Counted from the first letter of the stretch, positions 1-9,086 are shown. The stretch: DNA of 19,938 bases from a virus (IMGVR_UViG_2711768019_000002); one strand, 5' to 3'. Translations and numbers: made by a program. The notes: a model not told the origin generated them from the sequence alone.

Positions 1-3000
1 ATACGCTATACCGTTAAAAATAATGGGCGGAATAATAATCTGGCGGTCAAAGTTATGATCATCGCTTATGGTGACTGTAACCGTCCCGTTTGGTGTTTCC
101 GTGTTACCCCACGTACCAGCCTGTTTCGGAAATGATTTGGATACAGCTTTAACGAAGTCACCTCTGACCTGAGTCGCCTCCAGCATGCCCTTAATCGTAC
201 AGTTTTCATTTACCGTGACATTGTTGAGCGTCCCGGCGTTCGCATTCACACTGCCACTGATATCCGCATTTTTAGCGGTCAGCTTTCCGTCCGGAGTCAG
301 GGAAAATGCCGATGGATTTCCACCGCTGGTAATGGTGGGGGCCGTCAGGCGTTTCAGGAACACGTCGTTCATGAATATCTGATCGCCCTGACCAACAAAC
401 ATCGGTTTTGTGTTGCCATTCGCAGGATTAACCATCGCAATCCTGTCCGCCGCCAGCAGCACCTGACTCTGCATGCCGTCAGGGGTGTTCTCAATACCGG
501 CACCAATACCCGCGATATAAAGGCGTCCGTCCTGCATCTGCTGCAGCTTCACAGCCCACATGCTGTTCAGGTTATTATTTGTATCAACCTGAACCTTCTG
601 TATCTGCTGAATTGCCGCACTCTGGTCTTCCAGTTTCTTATTGACGGTCTGCGTGATTTCATTGCTGACATCCGTAATGGACGTCCTGATTTCAGCCAGG
701 TCAGGCGCAAGCTGACCGTTATCAATCTGCGTCCACAGCTCCTGAGCCAGATGGGTTTTCCCTATCTCGCCTTTGAAAAAATCCAGATAACCGGATGCAT
801 CATCACTCGGCTGACCAACAGCCTCCACGAATGCCGATTTGCCAACGGTGTTCACACTGCGGATATAAAAGTAATAATCATGGCCCGGTTTGATATTGAT
901 ACTGGCGGCTATCCAGTACAGCGCCGTGCCAAGATAGCGTGCTGTGGTTTCAACCTGCCTGATATCCGCAATCCGCTTTTCCGAGAACCAGAACTCAAAC
1001 TGTACCGTCGGATCATAAACCGCAAGATGCGGCGTGGCGGTTATCTGAAAATAGCCCGGCGTCAGCTCAATCCGCGACAGCGCTGCCGGTGCGGCAATCC
1101 GGAACGATACCGACGCCGGATCGCCCTGCTGCCCCCACGCATTTACTGCCCGGACTGTCAGCCTGTAGTTCCCCAGCGCCAGTTGTGTGAAGCGGTAAGT
1201 GGTTTCCGTCGTCCGGGCCGTGCTGACCAGCCGCTCACTGCCGTCATCCGCTGTTACGGTCAGACGGAGCAGGAAGCTCACGCCCTTCACCACCTTCGGC
1301 GTGTCCCAGCGCGCCAGCACCTGATATTCCCCGCTGTCTGCGGTGACTTCGGCAGTCAGGTGCTGCACCGCTGGCGGCGTGACACCATTCACCGTGCCGC
1401 TCTGGTCGCCGTCAAAGTGCGCCCCGTTATCCACGATGGCTTCTTTTTCCGGCACATGCTGCACGGCGGTGATGGCATACGTGCCGTCGTCGTTCTCACG
1501 GATACTCACGCAGCGGAACAATCGCTGGTGCAGCGTCGGCAGCTTCAGCCCCCACACGCTGTATTCAGCAACACCGTCAGGAACACGGCTCACTTTTACC
1601 TTCACGCCGTCGGTGACGGACTGGACCTCCACGCTGACCGGATTCCCCTGCCCGTCAACCAGGCTTATCAGCGTGGTGCCGGAGGATGGCAGCGTGATTT
1701 CACGGTCGAGCGTCAGCGTCCGGGTCTGGCTGTTCACCGCCAGCACGCGCCCGCCGGTGCGGATACCGGCATAGTCATCATCGCAGATTTCAATGACATC
1801 GCCCGGTACATGACGAAGCCCTTCAGCACCCACGCTGAAATCCACGGTCTGCGTCTCCAGCAGTTCCGTTTTAATCAGCCACAGCCCGGCGCGGTGTGCC
1901 TGCCCCCGGCTGGTACAGCCAAAGGCATCCATCTTCGTGACGTTACGACCGTAACGGACAATGGCCTGCGTATCCTCCACAAGCTCTGTCGCCGTCTCCC
2001 AGCCGTTATCCGGGTCAATCCAGTTCACCTCAACGGCATTATGGCGGTCTTTCAGGGCGCTGAAACTGTAGCGGAACGGCGCGCCATCATCCGGCATCAC
2101 CACATTACTGCGGTTATAGGCCCACACCTTATCCGACTGTCGGTCCTGCACGAACGTCAGCGTCTGCCCGTTCCATACCGGCATACAGCGCATCGCCGAG
2201 CAGAAATCACTGAGCACATCCCACGCCTTGCGCTGTGTGGTCAGCCAGGCATTACAGGTGATGCGCGGCTCCGTGCTGCCAAAGCCGTCCGGCACCGACT
2301 GGTCACAGTACTGGCCGATGACATACAGCGCCCATTTATCCACATCTGCCGCACCAAGACGTTTCCCCATGCCATAGCGCGGATGGGTCAGCATATCCCA
2401 CAGACACCAGGCCATGTTGTTGCTGTATGCCGGTTTTAACGTTCCGTCCCAGATACCGCTGTATTGCCGCGTCTGCGGATTATAGTTCGACGGCACCTGC
2501 AGAATGCGCCCGCGAANNNNNNNNNNNNNNNNNNNNNNNNNNNNNNNNNNNNNNNNNNNNNNNNNNNNNNNNNNNNNNNNNNNNNNNNNNNNNNNNNNNN
2601 NNNNNNNNNNNNNNNNNNNNNNNNNNNNNNNNNNNNNNNNNNNNNNNNNNNNNNNNNNNNNNNNNNNNNNNNNNNNNNNNNNNNNNNNNNNNNNNNNNNN
2701 NNNNNNNNNNNNNNNNNNNNNNNNNNNNNNNNNNNNNNNNNNNNNNNNNNNNNNNNNNNNNNNNNNNNNNNNNNNNNNNNNNNNNNNNNNNNNNNNNNNN
2801 NNNNNNNNNNNNNNNNNNNNNNNNNNNNNNNNNNNNNNNNNNNNNNNACGCTGTATCTGAACCAGCAGGCGAACTTCAGACGGATTCCTGTCTCCCTTTG
2901 AGGTGGTTTCCACCAGTGCCTGTACACCGAAGGTAAAACGCAGTCGGTCAATGTTTGCCGACGTGATGGTCCGGGTGATCGGCGTGTCATATTTCACTTC

Positions 3001-3276
3001 CGTACCCAGCACCGTCTCGGAGCCGGAGGATTCAAATCCCTCCGGCGGTGACTGCTCCTGCTCACCTGCCCGGAACACCACCGTGACGCCGGAGATGTTG
3101 GTATTCCCCTCACTGTCCAGCACCGGCGTACTGTTCAGCAGCACGCTTTTTAATCCATCCACCGGACCTTCAACCGGCCCTTCGCTGATGGCATCGATCA
3201 CACTCAGCAGCTGCGTGGACTTCAGGTTGTCCTTCGCTTCGCGCGGGGTATGCCCCTTACTGCTGCCTTTACCCAT
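1..3276 (-). CDS. J: Tail tip/central tail fibre protein J (host specificity); partial, C-terminal ~40 codons lie beyond the window start; codons 144-254 masked by N-run
   Basis: Minus-strand ATG at 3274-3276 gives [13 protein letters not shown], matching lambda J N-terminus. Hand translation at 2461-2514 gives [18 protein letters not shown] and at 781-900 [29 protein letters not shown], both lambda J-like. Frame stays open to coordinate 1. Downstream of ~770 the sequence diverges from lambda. Confidence 0.9.
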   Translation of the reverse strand, partial: MGKGSSKGHTPREAKDNLKSTQLLSVIDAISEGPVEGPVDGLKSVLLNSTPVLDSEGNTNISGVTVVFRAGEQEQSPPEGFESSGSETVLGTEVKYDTPITRTITSANIDRLRFTFGVQALVETTSKGDRNPSEVRLLVQIQRXXXXXXXXXXXXXXXXXXXXXXXXXXXXXXXXXXXXXXXXXXXXXXXXXXXXXXXXXXXXXXXXXXXXXXXXXXXXXXXXXXXXXXXXXXXXXXXXXXXXXXXXXXXXXXXRGRILQVPSNYNPQTRQYSGIWDGTLKPAYSNNMAWCLWDMLTHPRYGMGKRLGAADVDKWALYVIGQYCDQSVPDGFGSTEPRITCNAWLTTQRKAWDVLSDFCSAMRCMPVWNGQTLTFVQDRQSDKVWAYNRSNVVMPDDGAPFRYSFSALKDRHNAVEVNWIDPDNGWETATELVEDTQAIVRYGRNVTKMDAFGCTSRGQAHRAGLWLIKTELLETQTVDFSVGAEGLRHVPGDVIEICDDDYAGIRTGGRVLAVNSQTRTLTLDREITLPSSGTTLISLVDGQGNPVSVEVQSVTDGVKVKVSRVPDGVAEYSVWGLKLPTLHQRLFRCVSIRENDDGTYAITAVQHVPEKEAIVDNGAHFDGDQSGTVNGVTPPAVQHLTAEVTADSGEYQVLARWDTPKVVKGVSFLLRLTVTADDGSERLVSTARTTETTYRFTQLALGNYRLTVRAVNAWGQQGDPASVSFRIAAPAALSRIELTPGYFQITATPHLAVYDPTVQFEFWFSEKRIADIRQVETTARYLGTALYWIAASINIKPGHDYYFYIRSVNTVGKSAFVEAVGQPSDDASGYLDFFKGEIGKTHLAQELWTQIDNGQLAPDLAEIRTSITDVSNEITQTVNKKLEDQSAAIQQIQKVQVDTNNNLNSMWAVKLQQMQDGRLYIAGIGAGIENTPDGMQSQVLLAADRIAMVNPANGNTKPMFVGQGDQIFMNDVFLKRLTAPTITSGGNPSAFSLTPDGKLTAKNADISGSVNANAGTLNNVTVNENCTIKGMLEATQVRGDFVKAVSKSFPKQAGTWGNTETPNGTVTVTISDDHNFDRQIIIPPIIFNGIAY
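2517..2847. other. Run of 331 N (masked or unsequenced) inside gene J
   Basis: Literal n characters in the sequence. J codon phase (lowest codon coordinate 1 mod 3) is identical on both sides of the run. Confidence 0.99.
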
Positions 3277-3336
3277 TCGTCATGCTCCATAAACGATAAA
3301 ACCGCCCGGAGGCGATTTCACATAAAACATTTTGCA

Positions 3337-4008
3337 TCAGCGACCAATCACCACAACCTGACCACCGTCCCCTTCGTCTGCCGTGCTGATCTCCTGAGAT
3401 ACCACACGTGACCCCACGCGCATTTCACCATACAGAACAGGCATAACATTGCCCTGGGCAACCATGTTATCCAGTGAGGAGAAATAGGTGTTCTGCTTAC
3501 CGTTATCCGTTGTCTGTGTGCGGGGAGTTCTGGCTTTCGGTGCCAGCATCTGAGCCACACCGCCGAGCACCATACTGGCACCGAGAGAAAACAGAATGCC
3601 GGTCATACCACCGGCACCAATGGCAGCCCCCCATGCTGCAAGGGTGGCTCCGGCGGTAAAGAATGATCCGGCAATGGCGGCTGCTCCCAGGACAATCTGG
3701 AATACACCACCTGACTTGGCCCCGGCGACTCTGGGAACAATATGAATCACAGCGCCGTCAGGCAGAGCCTCATGTAACTGTGCCGTTAATCCGGACGTGC
3801 TAACATCCTGCCCGGCAATACGCACCTGATACCAGCCGTCGCTCAGCTTCTGACGAAACGCAGGGAGCTGTGTGGCCATCGCCCGGATGGCTTCGGCACC
3901 CGTTTTCACACGAAGGTCGATGCGGCGGCCAAATCGTTGCAAATCCCCGTAAAGGCAGATGCGTGCCATGCCCGGTGACGCCAGAGGGAGTGTGTGCGTC
4001 GCTGCCAT
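3337..4008 (-). CDS. I: Tail tip assembly protein I (N-terminal ubiquitin-like domain, then Gly-Gly and a hydrophobic Gly/Ala-rich segment)
   Basis: 223-aa ORF beginning MAATHTLPLASPGMARICLYGDLQRF, same length and sequence as lambda gpI. Overlaps K 3' end by 103 nt as in lambda. Confidence 0.9.
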   Translation of the reverse strand: MAATHTLPLASPGMARICLYGDLQRFGRRIDLRVKTGAEAIRAMATQLPAFRQKLSDGWYQVRIAGQDVSTSGLTAQLHEALPDGAVIHIVPRVAGAKSGGVFQIVLGAAAIAGSFFTAGATLAAWGAAIGAGGMTGILFSLGASMVLGGVAQMLAPKARTPRTQTTDNGKQNTYFSSLDNMVAQGNVMPVLYGEMRVGSRVVSQEISTADEGDGGQVVVIGR

Positions 4009-4649
4009 TTGTCGGTATACCTCTCTCGTTTGCTCAGTTGTTCAGGAATATGGTGCAGCAGCTCGCCGTCACCACAGTAAATGGCGGCATGATTCGGCAC
4101 CGATGAACCAAAACAGCACAGCAGCACATCGCCCGGCTGCGCCGCTGACAACGGCACCTGATACAGCCCTGTGGCCTCCAGATTATCCAGATAGAGATTC
4201 TGACCGTGACGCCACCAGTCATCCTCACGATGAAAATCCGGCATCTCAATCCCCGCCAGATGGTAAGCATCCCGGAACAGCGTGTAACAGTCCGTCACCC
4301 CGTGCTCAAAGCGCCGCCCGGTAAGATGTGGCACACAGCGGAACTTGTGAATCGCCCCCCGGCAGACCAGCCACCACGGCAAATCACTCTGCACCTGCAG
4401 CCGCCGGTCGGCCTCACTCAGCCAGGGCAGACCACCGGGGTGGCTGTGGACCAGTGCCACAATCTCACCCTGCATCTCTGCCTGCAGCCAGTCTTCCGGC
4501 GACATACGGAAATACGCCTCCGGCTCACCGGAGATATTCACGCAGGGGAAATATCTTTCCCCCTCCGGCGTTCTTACCACGAAGCCGCACGACTCCGCTG
4601 GAGCACATCGCCGGGCGTGCGCCAGAATCGCTGATTCTGTCTCTGTCAT
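3906..4649 (-). CDS. K: Tail tip assembly protein K (JAB/MPN metallopeptidase domain plus NlpC/P60 domain); longest in-frame ORF. The canonical lambda-type start would be the ATG at 4503-4505 (199 aa).
   Basis: 247-aa ORF. Residues 49-247 correspond to the 199-aa lambda K. JAMM motif HSHPGGLPWLSEAD (HxH-x7-S-x2-D) present, with an upstream PAESCG motif in the N-terminal extension. The ATG at 4505 has a GGAGG Shine-Dalgarno ~11 nt upstream; the ATG at 4649 sits 5 nt after the L stop with no clear SD. Confidence 0.85.
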   Translation of the reverse strand: MTETESAILAHARRCAPAESCGFVVRTPEGERYFPCVNISGEPEAYFRMSPEDWLQAEMQGEIVALVHSHPGGLPWLSEADRRLQVQSDLPWWLVCRGAIHKFRCVPHLTGRRFEHGVTDCYTLFRDAYHLAGIEMPDFHREDDWWRHGQNLYLDNLEATGLYQVPLSAAQPGDVLLCCFGSSVPNHAAIYCGDGELLHHIPEQLSKRERYTDKWQRRTHSLWRHRAWHASAFTGICNDLAAASTFV

Positions 4650-4654
4650 GGGAT

Positions 4655-5353
4655 TTACTGCGAAAGTTTGTTAATGGAAAGGAAGCCGCCAAAGTTGCCG
4701 ACGTTATTGCGAAACTTACAGCCACTCAGGCATTTGCTGCATTTATCCTTCGTGATGTCGGACGTTGGCTGGTCATATTCATCCGCGACCGCCGGACCGT
4801 GATAACCGCACTCATCGCCGCGATAGGTCCAGGTGCAGGTGTTGGCCAGCATGATACGTCCCGGAAAAACAGCGCCATCTGTTTCCGTCGGCGTGGACAG
4901 TACAAAAGAGGCACTCACCGCGCTCAGTTCGCTGCACTGCTCAATGCGCCAGCGGCTGATCACCTCCTGCTCCGGATCGGCGTCACTGTTTCCGTTGACG
5001 AAGTTCACCGCATCCAGAAAACGGGCGTAAACCTTACGCCGGACCACCGTTCCGCCGACCAGACTCTGTAGATCTTCCGCCATCCCGGTGACCATACCGT
5101 ACAGGTTAGAAACCATCAGCGTGGGGCGCGTACTGGTGCCTTTGCCATTCAGTTCAAAACCACTCCCCTGAATGGGATACGGCTGATACTGTCGCCCCTG
5201 CCAGGTGACCGGCTCACCTTTTTCGTTCTGCTCATTACAGAAAAAATAACGTTCTCCACCGACCTCTGTCAGATCGATTTCCCAGAGCACCACGCTGGCC
5301 GACTGCTCCGCACGGGTGCATTCATTCAGTGTTTCCTGCCGGATATCCTGCAT
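4655..5353 (-). CDS. L: Tail tip assembly protein L (C-terminal Cys cluster)
   Basis: 232-aa ORF, MQDIRQETLNECTRAEQSAS..., same length as lambda gpL. ATGA start/stop overlap with M. Cysteines in C-terminal ...RGDECGYHG...DKCSKCLSGCKF. Confidence 0.92.
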   Translation of the reverse strand: MQDIRQETLNECTRAEQSASVVLWEIDLTEVGGERYFFCNEQNEKGEPVTWQGRQYQPYPIQGSGFELNGKGTSTRPTLMVSNLYGMVTGMAEDLQSLVGGTVVRRKVYARFLDAVNFVNGNSDADPEQEVISRWRIEQCSELSAVSASFVLSTPTETDGAVFPGRIMLANTCTWTYRGDECGYHGPAVADEYDQPTSDITKDKCSKCLSGCKFRNNVGNFGGFLSINKLSQ

Positions 5354-5682
5354 CAGTTCACCACCTGTTCAAACTCTGCGCTGAACTCAACACGCAGCAT
5401 ACTGACCCGCGACGACCATTTTGCGCAGGTCACCTTTATCTGCCGCCACTCATAAGGCGGCGTCCACAGAAAGGCTTTCCAGCCCCCGTGCTCTTCCAGA
5501 AACGACTCCAGTACCATGGCCTCCTCACGGGGGACAGAAAGCGTCACGCTGTACGTTTTCAGGTTGGCATTCAGCCCGGCAGGCGCTCGCTGGGAATAGC
5601 CATCACCAAAGCGCACCTTTCTTACAGAAGGGGCCGAAGCCACATCCATACCGGGTTTCACTTTCCAGCGGAAGGTTTTCAT
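5353..5682 (-). CDS. M: Tail tip assembly protein M
   Basis: 109-aa ORF MKTFRWKVKPGMDVASAPSV..., lambda gpM length. 4-nt overlap with H. Confidence 0.9.
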   Translation of the reverse strand: MKTFRWKVKPGMDVASAPSVRKVRFGDGYSQRAPAGLNANLKTYSVTLSVPREEAMVLESFLEEHGGWKAFLWTPPYEWRQIKVTCAKWSSRVSMLRVEFSAEFEQVVN

Positions 5683-8240
5683 CGTCCACCTCCGGAGAAC
5701 AGGCCACCATCACGCATCTGTGTCTGAATTTCATCACGGGCACCCTTGCGGGCCATGTCATACACGGCCTTCATCATCTGTGGACCTGGCAGACCATTCG
5801 TACCGTCGTTCTGAATCACCACGTGATTGTTCTGATTAAAATTAATGCCTTCAGCCCGCCGCATCTGCGCCGGACTTCCGGCACCGCCCACATAACCACC
5901 TTCCGCATAGCCGCGCATCAGCCGGTAGAGATTCCCCACGCCAATCCGGCTGGTTGCCTCCTTCGTGAAGACAAATTCACCACGGTGAACAATCCCCGCT
6001 GGCTCATATTTGCCGCCGGTTCCCGTAAATCCCCCGGTTGCAAAATGGAATTTCACCGCAGCGGCCTGAATGGCTGTACCACCTGACGCGGATGCGCCGC
6101 CACCAACAGCCCCGCCAATGGCGCTGCCGATACTCCCGACAATCCCCACCATTGCCTGCTTAAGCAGAATTTCTGTCATCATGGACAGCACGGAGCGGGT
6201 GAAGCTGCGCCAGTTCTGTTCACTGCCGGTCAGCATCGCCGCCATATTCTGTGCAATACCATCAAAGGTCTGCGTGGCTGCACTTTTAACCTGTGACATA
6301 CTGTCCGTGGCGCTCTCTTCCCACTCACTCCAGCCGGACTTCAGGCCTGCCATCCAGCTCCCGCGAAGCTGGTCTTCAGCCGCCCAGGTCTTTTTCTGCT
6401 CTGACATGACGTTATTCAGCGCCAGAGGATTATCGCCATACTGTTCCTTCAGGCGCTGTTCCGTGGCTTCCCGCGCTGCCTGCCGGTCAGTCAGCCCCCG
6501 GTTTTTCGCATCAATGGCTGCCCGTTTTGCCCGTTGCTGCTGTGCGAATTTATCCGCCTGCTGCGCCAGCGCATTCAGGTGCTCCTGATACGTAACCTTG
6601 TCACCAAGTGCAGCCAGCTGGCGTTTGTACTCCAGCGTCTCGTCTTTATGCGCCAGCAGGGATTTCTCCTGTGCGGACAGCTGGCGACGTTGTGCCGCCT
6701 CCTCCAGTACCGCGAACTGACTTTCTGCCTTCCACAAATCCCGGCGCTGCTGGCTGATTTTCTCATTCGCTCCGGCATGCTTCTCCAGCGTCCGGAGTTC
6801 TGCCTGAAGCGTCAGCAGGGCCGCATGAGCACTGTCTTCCTGACGATCGCCCGCATACACCTTCACGCCGGACTGTTTCGGCTTTTTCAGCGTCGCTTCA
6901 TAATCCTTTTTCGCCGCCGCCATCAGCGTGTTGTAATCTGCCTGCAGGATTTTTCCGTCTTTCAGTGCCTTGTTCAGTTCTTCCTGACGGGCGGTATATT
7001 TCTCCAGCGGCGTCTGCAGCCGTTCGTAAGCCTTCTGCGCCTCTTCGGTATATTTCAGCCGTGACGCTTCGGTATCGCTCTGCTGCTGCGCATTTTTGTC
7101 CTGTTGACGCTGTTGATCTACCCTCTTTTGGGCTGCATCCCGCTCCAGGCGTTTTTTTTCACGATCATCCCAGTAACGCGCCCGTGCTTCATCGTTAACG
7201 AAATAATCATCCTTGCGCAGATTCCAGATGTCGTCTGCTTTCTTAAACGCAGCCTCTGCCTTAATCAGCATCTCCTGCGCGGTATCAGGACGACCAATAT
7301 CCAGCACCGCATCCCACATGGATTTGAATGCACGTGCAGTCCTGTCTGCCCAGGTCTCCAGCGTGCCCATGTTCTCTTTCAGGCGGCGGGTCTGGTCATC
7401 AAACCCTTTCGTTGCGGCCTCGTTCGCCGCCTGCAATGCCCCGGCTTCATCGCCGGAACGCTGCAACTGAGCAACATACGCAATCTGCTCCGCCGTCACG
7501 TTATGGAACTGGCGTGCCATCGCCGTCAGCCCCGACGTCGGGTCTGTGGTCAGCTTCCCGAAGGCTTCAGCGACCTTGTCCACCTCCACGCCGGATGCAT
7601 AGGAGAAACGCGCCACACTCTGGCTGATGGACGCAATCTGAGCCTCACCGCTTACCCCCGCCTTAACCAGTGCGCTGAGTGACTCGCTGGTCTGGTTAAA
7701 CGTCAGCCCTGCCGCCTGCCCGGCTCTGGACAGGACCAGCATACGATCTGCCGTCAGTCCCGCCTGATTACCGGAAAGGACCAGCGTTTTGTTGAAATCG
7801 GACAGGGTTGAGTTGCCCTGATACCAGGCATACGCCAGCGCACCGGTCGCCACCGCCAGCGAGGTGGCCCCCACCATCGGCAGGGTGATCGCGCCGGCAA
7901 GCCCCCTGAACATGGGGATCATCCCGCCGAAGGAGTCCTTAACCTGACCACCCTGTTGCAGCAGGATCAGCCAGGGATTCTGCCCCCCTGCAAGCTGCGT
8001 GGCCACGTCGGTGAACTGTGCAGGCAGCATACGCATGGCGGCTTTATACTGCCCGACGGAAATCCCCGCTTTCTGTGCAGCCAGCGCCTGTCGGCTCAGC
8101 GACTGTTCAACGACTGCCGCTGTTTTTTTCGCATCACTTTCCGTACCGGAAAAATGACGCCTGACTCTGGCCATCTGCTCGTCAAATCTGGCCGCATCCA
8201 GACTCAAATCAACGACCAGATCGCCTACCGGTTCAGCCAT
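5679..8240 (-). CDS. H: Tail tape measure protein H
   Basis: 853-aa ORF MAEPVGDLVVDLSLDAARFDEQ..., same length as lambda gpH. Long Ala/Gln/Glu-rich coiled-coil central region, Gly-rich C-terminal part. Confidence 0.95.
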   Translation of the reverse strand: MAEPVGDLVVDLSLDAARFDEQMARVRRHFSGTESDAKKTAAVVEQSLSRQALAAQKAGISVGQYKAAMRMLPAQFTDVATQLAGGQNPWLILLQQGGQVKDSFGGMIPMFRGLAGAITLPMVGATSLAVATGALAYAWYQGNSTLSDFNKTLVLSGNQAGLTADRMLVLSRAGQAAGLTFNQTSESLSALVKAGVSGEAQIASISQSVARFSYASGVEVDKVAEAFGKLTTDPTSGLTAMARQFHNVTAEQIAYVAQLQRSGDEAGALQAANEAATKGFDDQTRRLKENMGTLETWADRTARAFKSMWDAVLDIGRPDTAQEMLIKAEAAFKKADDIWNLRKDDYFVNDEARARYWDDREKKRLERDAAQKRVDQQRQQDKNAQQQSDTEASRLKYTEEAQKAYERLQTPLEKYTARQEELNKALKDGKILQADYNTLMAAAKKDYEATLKKPKQSGVKVYAGDRQEDSAHAALLTLQAELRTLEKHAGANEKISQQRRDLWKAESQFAVLEEAAQRRQLSAQEKSLLAHKDETLEYKRQLAALGDKVTYQEHLNALAQQADKFAQQQRAKRAAIDAKNRGLTDRQAAREATEQRLKEQYGDNPLALNNVMSEQKKTWAAEDQLRGSWMAGLKSGWSEWEESATDSMSQVKSAATQTFDGIAQNMAAMLTGSEQNWRSFTRSVLSMMTEILLKQAMVGIVGSIGSAIGGAVGGGASASGGTAIQAAAVKFHFATGGFTGTGGKYEPAGIVHRGEFVFTKEATSRIGVGNLYRLMRGYAEGGYVGGAGSPAQMRRAEGINFNQNNHVVIQNDGTNGLPGPQMMKAVYDMARKGARDEIQTQMRDGGLFSGGGR

Positions 8241-9071
8241 ACCGGACTCCTCCTGCGATCCCTTCTGATACTGTCATCAGCATTACGTCATCCTCCGTCA
8301 TGTCCGCCACATCCGGGGAAGCGGGGATAACTTCATTCCCGTCCGGGCCAAAGCGGACACCTCCGGCAAGCCCTGCCGCTTTCTGCATCAGCACATCATC
8401 TTCAGGCTCTTCGTCAGCCTCGCGCCGGTTCAGCAGACTGAAATCCAGCGGATGCATCTCCGGATCGCTGAAAAACAGGCTGAGCACGGTGTACGTCAGC
8501 CCGGAAAAGTGCATATCCAGCAGAACATCATGAAAATAATGGGTACTGTAAAAGCGGTGCCAGTCGGCATACTCCGTGGATGACATCCCGGCAAGCATGG
8601 CGCGCCAGTCGGGTCGCCCCATCTCACGCGCCAGTTTCAGGGCAAAACTCAGCTCACCGTCGAACACTTTCCCGCAGAAACAGGCTCTGCAGGCCCGGCG
8701 TCCTCTGCCTGTTCAGGAGCATCATTCACCACAAACTCATACATACCGGACAGCCGGTACACCACGTTTTCAGCATGAGAAATTGCCTCTGTGGGCCAGG
8801 TGGTAAGCACTTCCTGCTCAATCTGTTTAACGGCTTCATTCATGGACGGCATCTGCGTCTTCTTCGGATGGTTATGCCACAGGGACATCGCAACCACAAA
8901 AGCGCCGGTTCTGATGGCGTCTTCCACAGTAAACTTCCGGTTGCTGTCTGACTCCGCCTGTTCTGCCTGCCGTTTCATCAGGTCGAGATGCTCAATACGC
9001 TGCAGGGCTGACAGTTCAGAAAGCGTGACGGTCACACCGTTATGTTCAAATGATTCGGTTTTCAGGAACAT
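8233..9071 (-). CDS. GT: Tail assembly chaperone G-T fusion, made by programmed -1 ribosomal frameshift from G into the T frame
   Basis: G frame (8649-9071) and T frame (8233-8667) overlap at the slippery heptamer GGGAAAG. T frame has no ATG of its own (begins at GTG inside the slip site) and ends 8 nt inside H. Confidence 0.85.
8649..9071 (-). CDS. G: Tail assembly chaperone G
   Basis: 140-aa ORF MFLKTESFEHNGVTVTLSELSALQRIEHLDL..., lambda gpG length. Ends ...AGKCSTVS then TGA. Confidence 0.92.
   Translation of the reverse strand: MFLKTESFEHNGVTVTLSELSALQRIEHLDLMKRQAEQAESDSNRKFTVEDAIRTGAFVVAMSLWHNHPKKTQMPSMNEAVKQIEQEVLTTWPTEAISHAENVVYRLSGMYEFVVNDAPEQAEDAGPAEPVSAGKCSTVS
8667..8673 (-). other. 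-1 programmed frameshift slippery heptamer G GGA AAG for G-T
   Basis: Plus strand reads ctttccc at 8667-8673, which is GGGAAAG on the minus strand. In the G frame it reads G-GGA-AAG, three codons before the run into the G stop. Confidence 0.85.
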
Positions 9072-9086
9072 CGCTGACTCTCCGGA

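Noticed and set aside
751-2439. 562-aa plus-strand ORF
   Set aside because: It lies antisense to the well-supported J gene. Composition is Arg/His/Pro-rich and low-complexity, as expected for the reverse frame of a GC-rich coding region. No start context.
2427-2990. ORFs on both strands whose translations are mostly X (2427-2936 +, 2464-2901 +, 2504-2860 +, 2436-2990 -)
   Set aside because: They are artefacts of translating through the N-run. The only real coding frame here is J on the minus strand.
3474-3659. Small ORFs nested in or antisense to I, K and L (e.g. 3348-3581 -, 3474-3659 +, 4034-4270 -)
   Set aside because: Alternative frames of strongly supported genes, with Cys/Arg/Trp-rich composition.
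4328-5071. 247-aa plus-strand ORF
   Set aside because: Antisense to K and L, Pro/Arg/Ala-rich, with no independent support.
6070-7682. Several 170-190-aa plus-strand ORFs (6070-6588, 6534-7064, 7104-7682)
   Set aside because: All are antisense to the tape measure gene H. Leu/Arg/Cys-rich composition typical of antisense frames.
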